This document shows positions 38,598 through 41,803 of a stretch of DNA of 41,803 nt, in pieces (positions within the stretch are counted from its first letter, which is position 1; every line of letters starts with the position of its first letter). This DNA comes from Ferruginibacter sp. GTDB lineage: Bacteria > Bacteroidota > Bacteroidia > Chitinophagales > Chitinophagaceae. Location: the NCBI GenBank assembly GCA_043783135.1, contig JAYVZR010000052.1, forward strand, positions 1-41,803, written 5' to 3'. Below the pieces are notes generated by a model. That model made no database searches. It was not told the origin of the DNA and was given only the letters and a program-made list of their open reading frames with translations. The position numbers and the translations under genes were made by a program.

Positions 38598-39269
38598 TTA
38601 GTTTAACAGTGGCAGCAGTTCCATTAAATGATGAATAATAAAATCAGGTTTGGCAGACCTTAGCTGTGCTTCGGTATGTGCCCCTGTTGTAATACCGATG
38701 CTTAAACTGCATCCTGCATTTTGTCCTTCTTCAATATCAATGATCGAGTCGCCAACTTTCACTACCTCATTTGCATTGGTAATAAAAAACTGTGCCATTG
38801 CAAGATGGATCATATCAGGTAAAGGGCGGTTGTTTTGTACATTAGAAGCTGTAATTAAACCATCAATCTGATTCCCCTCTTTCCAGTTTAATTTATCTAA
38901 CAATGATCTTGCAGTAGACTCATTATATCCAGTATTTAATATTACCAGTATTTTTTTTTGTTTCAATGCTTTAAATACTTCAATTGCACCCTGCTGCGGT
39001 TTTATATCAATTACATTATAGGCGTCAGCAAGCGAAGTAATAAAAATGCTGTACAGTTTTTCGGGCAGGTTATTTTCCTGTTGTTTTTCATCTTGTTTTA
39101 AAATGTCTTTTATTGCCTGTAGCTTTTCTTTTCCGGCACCTTCTTTTAATACCTGGTTTAAACTAAAGTTATAGCCGGCTCCATTAATTACTTTTTGCAA
39201 AGTTTTATAAACAACATTGTCTTCATCTACAGTTGTACCTGCCATATCAAAAACAACCATTTTAATCAT
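38598..39269 (-). CDS. Phosphonatase-like HAD hydrolase (TIGR03351-like)
   Basis: VFDMAGTTVDE, LNTGY, RP.PDMI and KVGDS..DIEEG.NAG motifs; resembles PhnX. Confidence 0.87.
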   Translation of the reverse strand: MIKMVVFDMAGTTVDEDNVVYKTLQKVINGAGYNFSLNQVLKEGAGKEKLQAIKDILKQDEKQQENNLPEKLYSIFITSLADAYNVIDIKPQQGAIEVFKALKQKKILVILNTGYNESTARSLLDKLNWKEGNQIDGLITASNVQNNRPLPDMIHLAMAQFFITNANEVVKVGDSIIDIEEGQNAGCSLSIGITTGAHTEAQLRSAKPDFIIHHLMELLPLLN

Positions 39270-39318
39270 TGTAAATTTATTTAAGTTTTGTTTTAAATAT
39301 TAAATAGTTTAAGCGTGT

Positions 39319-39900
39319 TTAATTGATTTGTAAATGTGCCATCATCATCTGTTTATAATGATCCAGTGGTGGCAATGGTTTTTCCGTTTCTTTTGCCTGC
39401 TCATCCCACCGGCGTAACTGAATATACAGTTTATGCAAAGGATCGCCTTCAAATGCATCTGCCTCAGCCTTTGACATAACACCTCCCTGAAAGGCCAGCG
39501 TTTTAACACTGGCTTCAGATAATTTTTCAAAGTACTCAGGATATTTAAAAGTGAGGTAACGCTTTGCTTCTACATGCGATTGAACAAGGCTTGCAATCTT
39601 TTCAGAAAACCCTTTACTGAGCAAATAAATGGCGCCCAGTTTTTCATGATCTACAACACCCACCCCGTCCATGTGCTGTAGCTTTTTTTCAGGAAAGGCG
39701 TATTCGCATAAGTGCCCGATATCATGAAAAAATGCCGCCAATATAACTTCGTCATCTTCGCCTGAAGCTTCGGCCAGTTGTGCACACTGGCACATATGTT
39801 CTATCTGCGAAACGGGTTCACCAATATAATCTTCGTTGCCAAATTTTTCGTACAAAGACAATATTTCATCTACCCGTTGCTGTATTTCCCAGGTTACCAT
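39319..39900 (-). CDS. phnZ: Phosphonate-degradation HD-domain diiron oxygenase (PhnZ/TIGR03276-like)
   Basis: YIGEPVSQIEH, HDIGH, DHE..GA, HV.AKRYL, LS.AS..TL..QGG and LRRWDE.AK motifs. Confidence 0.87.
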   Translation of the reverse strand: MVTWEIQQRVDEILSLYEKFGNEDYIGEPVSQIEHMCQCAQLAEASGEDDEVILAAFFHDIGHLCEYAFPEKKLQHMDGVGVVDHEKLGAIYLLSKGFSEKIASLVQSHVEAKRYLTFKYPEYFEKLSEASVKTLAFQGGVMSKAEADAFEGDPLHKLYIQLRRWDEQAKETEKPLPPLDHYKQMMMAHLQIN

Positions 39901-40045
39901 TATCGTAATTTTATTATCCCTGTTTAGTTAAGTCTATTCAATATTTAAAGATGTAAAGAAAAGGCACAAAAAAGCTTATTGTCTTATTTATTTTTGGCAA
40001 AAGAATATTTTCTTGTATCAACAACAATATACCTATATTTTAAAG

Positions 40046-41803
40046 CTATTTGCTTTTAGTTTGTTTGTAATGATTTTTACGTATCTCTTCTTCGTCATCC
40101 ATATCCGGCCCCTTCATTACATTGCGCCAGTCAACAGAACGGCCATATTTTTTCATGGCTTTCTCTATATCAAAAACCCTTGCATCGTGCTGCTCTAAAG
40201 TGTAGGGTGTATAGTCTGGTTTATCTGTAAAAAAATCCTGTAGTAAAGAAGCGGTAACATCGTATTGATTTACATAAGGCACGTTCAGGATATTATAAAT
40301 GGTTTTTAAGATAGCTCCAAAGTTTGCATGCGTATGGCTAACATAGCCCTTCTTTACATAAGGCCCTGCCATCATTAAAATACTGCGGTGTGCATCAATA
40401 TGATCAACCCCGCCCTGCGGATCATCTTCAGTAATTATTACCAGCATATTTTTCCAGTATTTTGTACGGGATAAAAAATGTAAAATCCGGCCAACTGCCA
40501 AATCATTATCTGCTACAAATGATTGCGGAAAATAATATCCATCCTCTGGCCTTGCACCAGCAGTATGATCATTGGGCACCTGCATGGTTATTAAAGAAGG
40601 TAATGGCTTTTTTCCTTTGATCCACATCTTTGTGAATTCGGATTCAAACTGGTTCATTCTGAACTGGTCAGGAATATTCATGTTAAACCCTGCATAATTA
40701 TGACTTGTACGGGTAAACAATGCCTTTTGCATAGGCACCATCACCCCGTGTGCTGCACCCGTTGCAGTGTCCATCCATTCTTCACGTACATGAGCTGTTT
40801 CATTGGCTTCTCCAAAATTGTAGAAATTTATTTTTTCCCTTTCCATCGCTTCCCACATACCTCCTATTTCTCCATAATCTTCAGGGTCTATGCTGCCGGT
40901 GGACCCCGGAAAACGGCGGCCAGGTGCTTTTGAAAAATAGTTAGCTGTTTTATCAACGCCCGAATTGGTCTCTACCCACTCGTTGGGTATTACACCCATC
41001 ATCCAATGGTGGCCGTGAATGGATGCATCGCTATCACAATAAAAATTATCGCTAAAAGAAAATTGCTTTGCAGCTTTATGATGATTGGGTGTAACTTTTA
41101 AATGTGCATATTTTGCCCTTAAAGAATCCGGCAAAGTATAATCACAATCCACGCCAAACCTGGCCAGCGTACTATCGCCCTTTGCATTTTTTAATTGGCC
41201 AAACACTTCATCATAGCTCCTGTTTTCTTTGGTGATATACACAATATATTTTATCGGGCTTTGATGTAAACCCGCCAATGCAGGTAATGGATTATTATCA
41301 TCAGTAACAGTTCTACTTACAAAAGTATTGTTGATAGCCTGGTTGGTATAAGCAGCCAGTTCATTTGCAGATGGCATGGGTACTTTTTGAAAACTGCCGA
41401 GCTGAATATCACCTATGTAAGTTCCCTGCGGCGGCTCAATAAAACCTGCGCCACCATTGGGCCCTGCGCCAAGTCCCCGGCAACTGATGATATATAATTC
41501 TTTTTCATCATTACTTAATTGAACTCTTGTTGGTCCCCAACCGGCAGGTATCAATCCCCTGGTGTTTTTTGTTGCCACATCAATTACGGCAACTGCATTA
41601 AATCCAAGCAAGGCAACATACAATGTTTTTTCATCTTTACTAAGGGTAATACCAAAGGGCAAAAGTCCACGAAAATGGTCTATCCGCTTATCTACCTTTA
41701 TTTGAATATGCCCCAATATTTTATGTTGTTTATAATCAATGATAGAAATATTATCATTGGTAGCATTGGTTACATAGGCAAACTGTTTACCCACTGCAAT
41801 TGA
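40046..41803 (-). CDS. YncE-like beta-propeller / phosphoesterase (alkaline phosphatase superfamily) protein, 5'-partial
   Basis: Frame open to the window end; propeller repeats (YVTN...D.ISIID, P.G..LS.D.K.LYVA); KENRSYD, DNFY, GH.W, PNDH, ADND.A.GR and EDD.Q.G.DH.D.HRS motifs. Confidence 0.85.
   Translation of the reverse strand, partial: SIAVGKQFAYVTNATNDNISIIDYKQHKILGHIQIKVDKRIDHFRGLLPFGITLSKDEKTLYVALLGFNAVAVIDVATKNTRGLIPAGWGPTRVQLSNDEKELYIISCRGLGAGPNGGAGFIEPPQGTYIGDIQLGSFQKVPMPSANELAAYTNQAINNTFVSRTVTDDNNPLPALAGLHQSPIKYIVYITKENRSYDEVFGQLKNAKGDSTLARFGVDCDYTLPDSLRAKYAHLKVTPNHHKAAKQFSFSDNFYCDSDASIHGHHWMMGVIPNEWVETNSGVDKTANYFSKAPGRRFPGSTGSIDPEDYGEIGGMWEAMEREKINFYNFGEANETAHVREEWMDTATGAAHGVMVPMQKALFTRTSHNYAGFNMNIPDQFRMNQFESEFTKMWIKGKKPLPSLITMQVPNDHTAGARPEDGYYFPQSFVADNDLAVGRILHFLSRTKYWKNMLVIITEDDPQGGVDHIDAHRSILMMAGPYVKKGYVSHTHANFGAILKTIYNILNVPYVNQYDVTASLLQDFFTDKPDYTPYTLEQHDARVFDIEKAMKKYGRSVDWRNVMKGPDMDDEEEIRKNHYKQTKSK

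Noticed and set aside
39901-40045. Possible Pho-box upstream of phnZ
   Set aside because: Only scattered TTTACA/TTAAC-like hexamers without convincing 11-bp periodicity.
1-41803. CRISPR array, tRNA/rRNA, prophage, integron or autonomous IS
   Set aside because: No regularly spaced repeats, cloverleaf or rRNA-like stretches, and no integrase, transposase or phage genes were recognised.

Overview
AT-rich chromosomal segment of a Bacteroidota bacterium, most likely Chitinophagaceae. This is inferred from gene content and recurrent TAnnTTTG-type promoter elements. Most of the window is housekeeping or envelope genes: acpH, asnB, a cystathionine gamma-synthase/lyase, an FAH-family hydrolase, lysS, an S9 peptidase, a TetR-TolC-EmrAB efflux operon, osmC, lptC, coaX, meaB and trmB. 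The right end holds a minus-strand organophosphonate catabolism cluster: PhnZ-type HD oxygenase, phosphonatase-like HAD, DUF5690-type transporter and TIGR03364-type FAD oxidoreductase, preceded by a beta-propeller/phosphoesterase gene. No phnY or phnW is present in the window. Other notable items are several REP/MITE-like palindromes, two of which appear to lie inside coding sequence (lysS and the transporter N-terminus), a RelE/ParE toxin gene broken by an amber stop next to an intact putative antitoxin, and signs of decay in genes around lysS. I saw no rRNA, tRNA, CRISPR array, integrase or transposase. All family calls come from motif recognition, not from database searches.
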